A stretch of 28,498 bases of DNA from Histomonas meleagridis 2922-C6/04-290x (Eukaryota > Protista > Parabasalia), in contig JAANOX010000263.1 of NCBI GenBank assembly GCA_020184695.1, positions 1 to 28,498 on the forward strand. Reading direction: 5' to 3'. The position numbers and the translations under genes were made by a program. Within the stretch, counting starts at the first letter, position 1; each line of letters starts with the position of its first letter. Below the pieces are notes generated by a model. The model was not told the origin of the DNA. It saw nothing but the letters and a program-made list of their open reading frames with translations, and ran no database searches. Shown piece by piece: positions 28,170 through 28,498 of this stretch.

Positions 28170-28498
28170 TTTGGTTGTTTGTTTATTAAAATTTAAGTTT
28201 TTAGAACTTTTATTTTTGTAAATTTTTTATTCATTAAATTTTTGTCTTCTGATAAATCATTGAATATCATTGTAAAGTTTATTTGCATTCTACACGAGAT
28301 TTATCCCATTAATCACAAACAGATCTGTGATTGTCAAACCAATTTAAAATGATAATAACAAATCCGAACAAGTTTCTTATTTACAAAAAAATTGTTATTA
28401 TATTATCTCTTTATAAAAACACATAATATGTACTCTATAAAAACATTTTAACCATTTAGAAAGTGTTCAACTGATGTCACAAAAGTTTTTCCAAATGA

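Overview
AT-rich eukaryotic genomic window, inferred to be from a parabasalid (Tritrichomonas/Trichomonas-like). The basis is nearly intron-free genes, Inr-like TCAY(T/A) motifs just upstream of ATGs, and DUF3447-type ankyrin genes. The flanks carry intact housekeeping genes: Pumilio, half-size ABCA, ArfGAP, SAPS-like, TRM2-type methyltransferase, PH-AGC kinase and a membrane protein. The very AT-rich centre (~5-20 kb) holds two degenerate Rab32-like paralogs, a spatacsin (SPG11) gene, an ARM-like gene and three ankyrin-repeat loci; many of these carry single-base homopolymer indels. Main observation: at all three ankyrin loci the C-terminal repeats are separated by AT-rich spacers, typically 77 nt, that parse as 17+3+17+3+17+3+17. 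Removing the four 17-nt segments leaves single codons that rebuild the canonical ankyrin beta-hairpin D/N-x-x-G-x-T (e.g. KD-N-G-G-R-TAL, KN-D-L-G-D-TAL, KD-I-W-G-H-TAL, RI-K-D-G-G-TAL, KD-E-N-G-W). The segments are mostly AT/AA...TTT-bounded and are not GT-AG. This points to a possibly undescribed codon-by-codon interrupted gene system acting at the specificity-determining positions of ankyrin repeats. The decoding is read directly from the sequence; the mechanism is inference.
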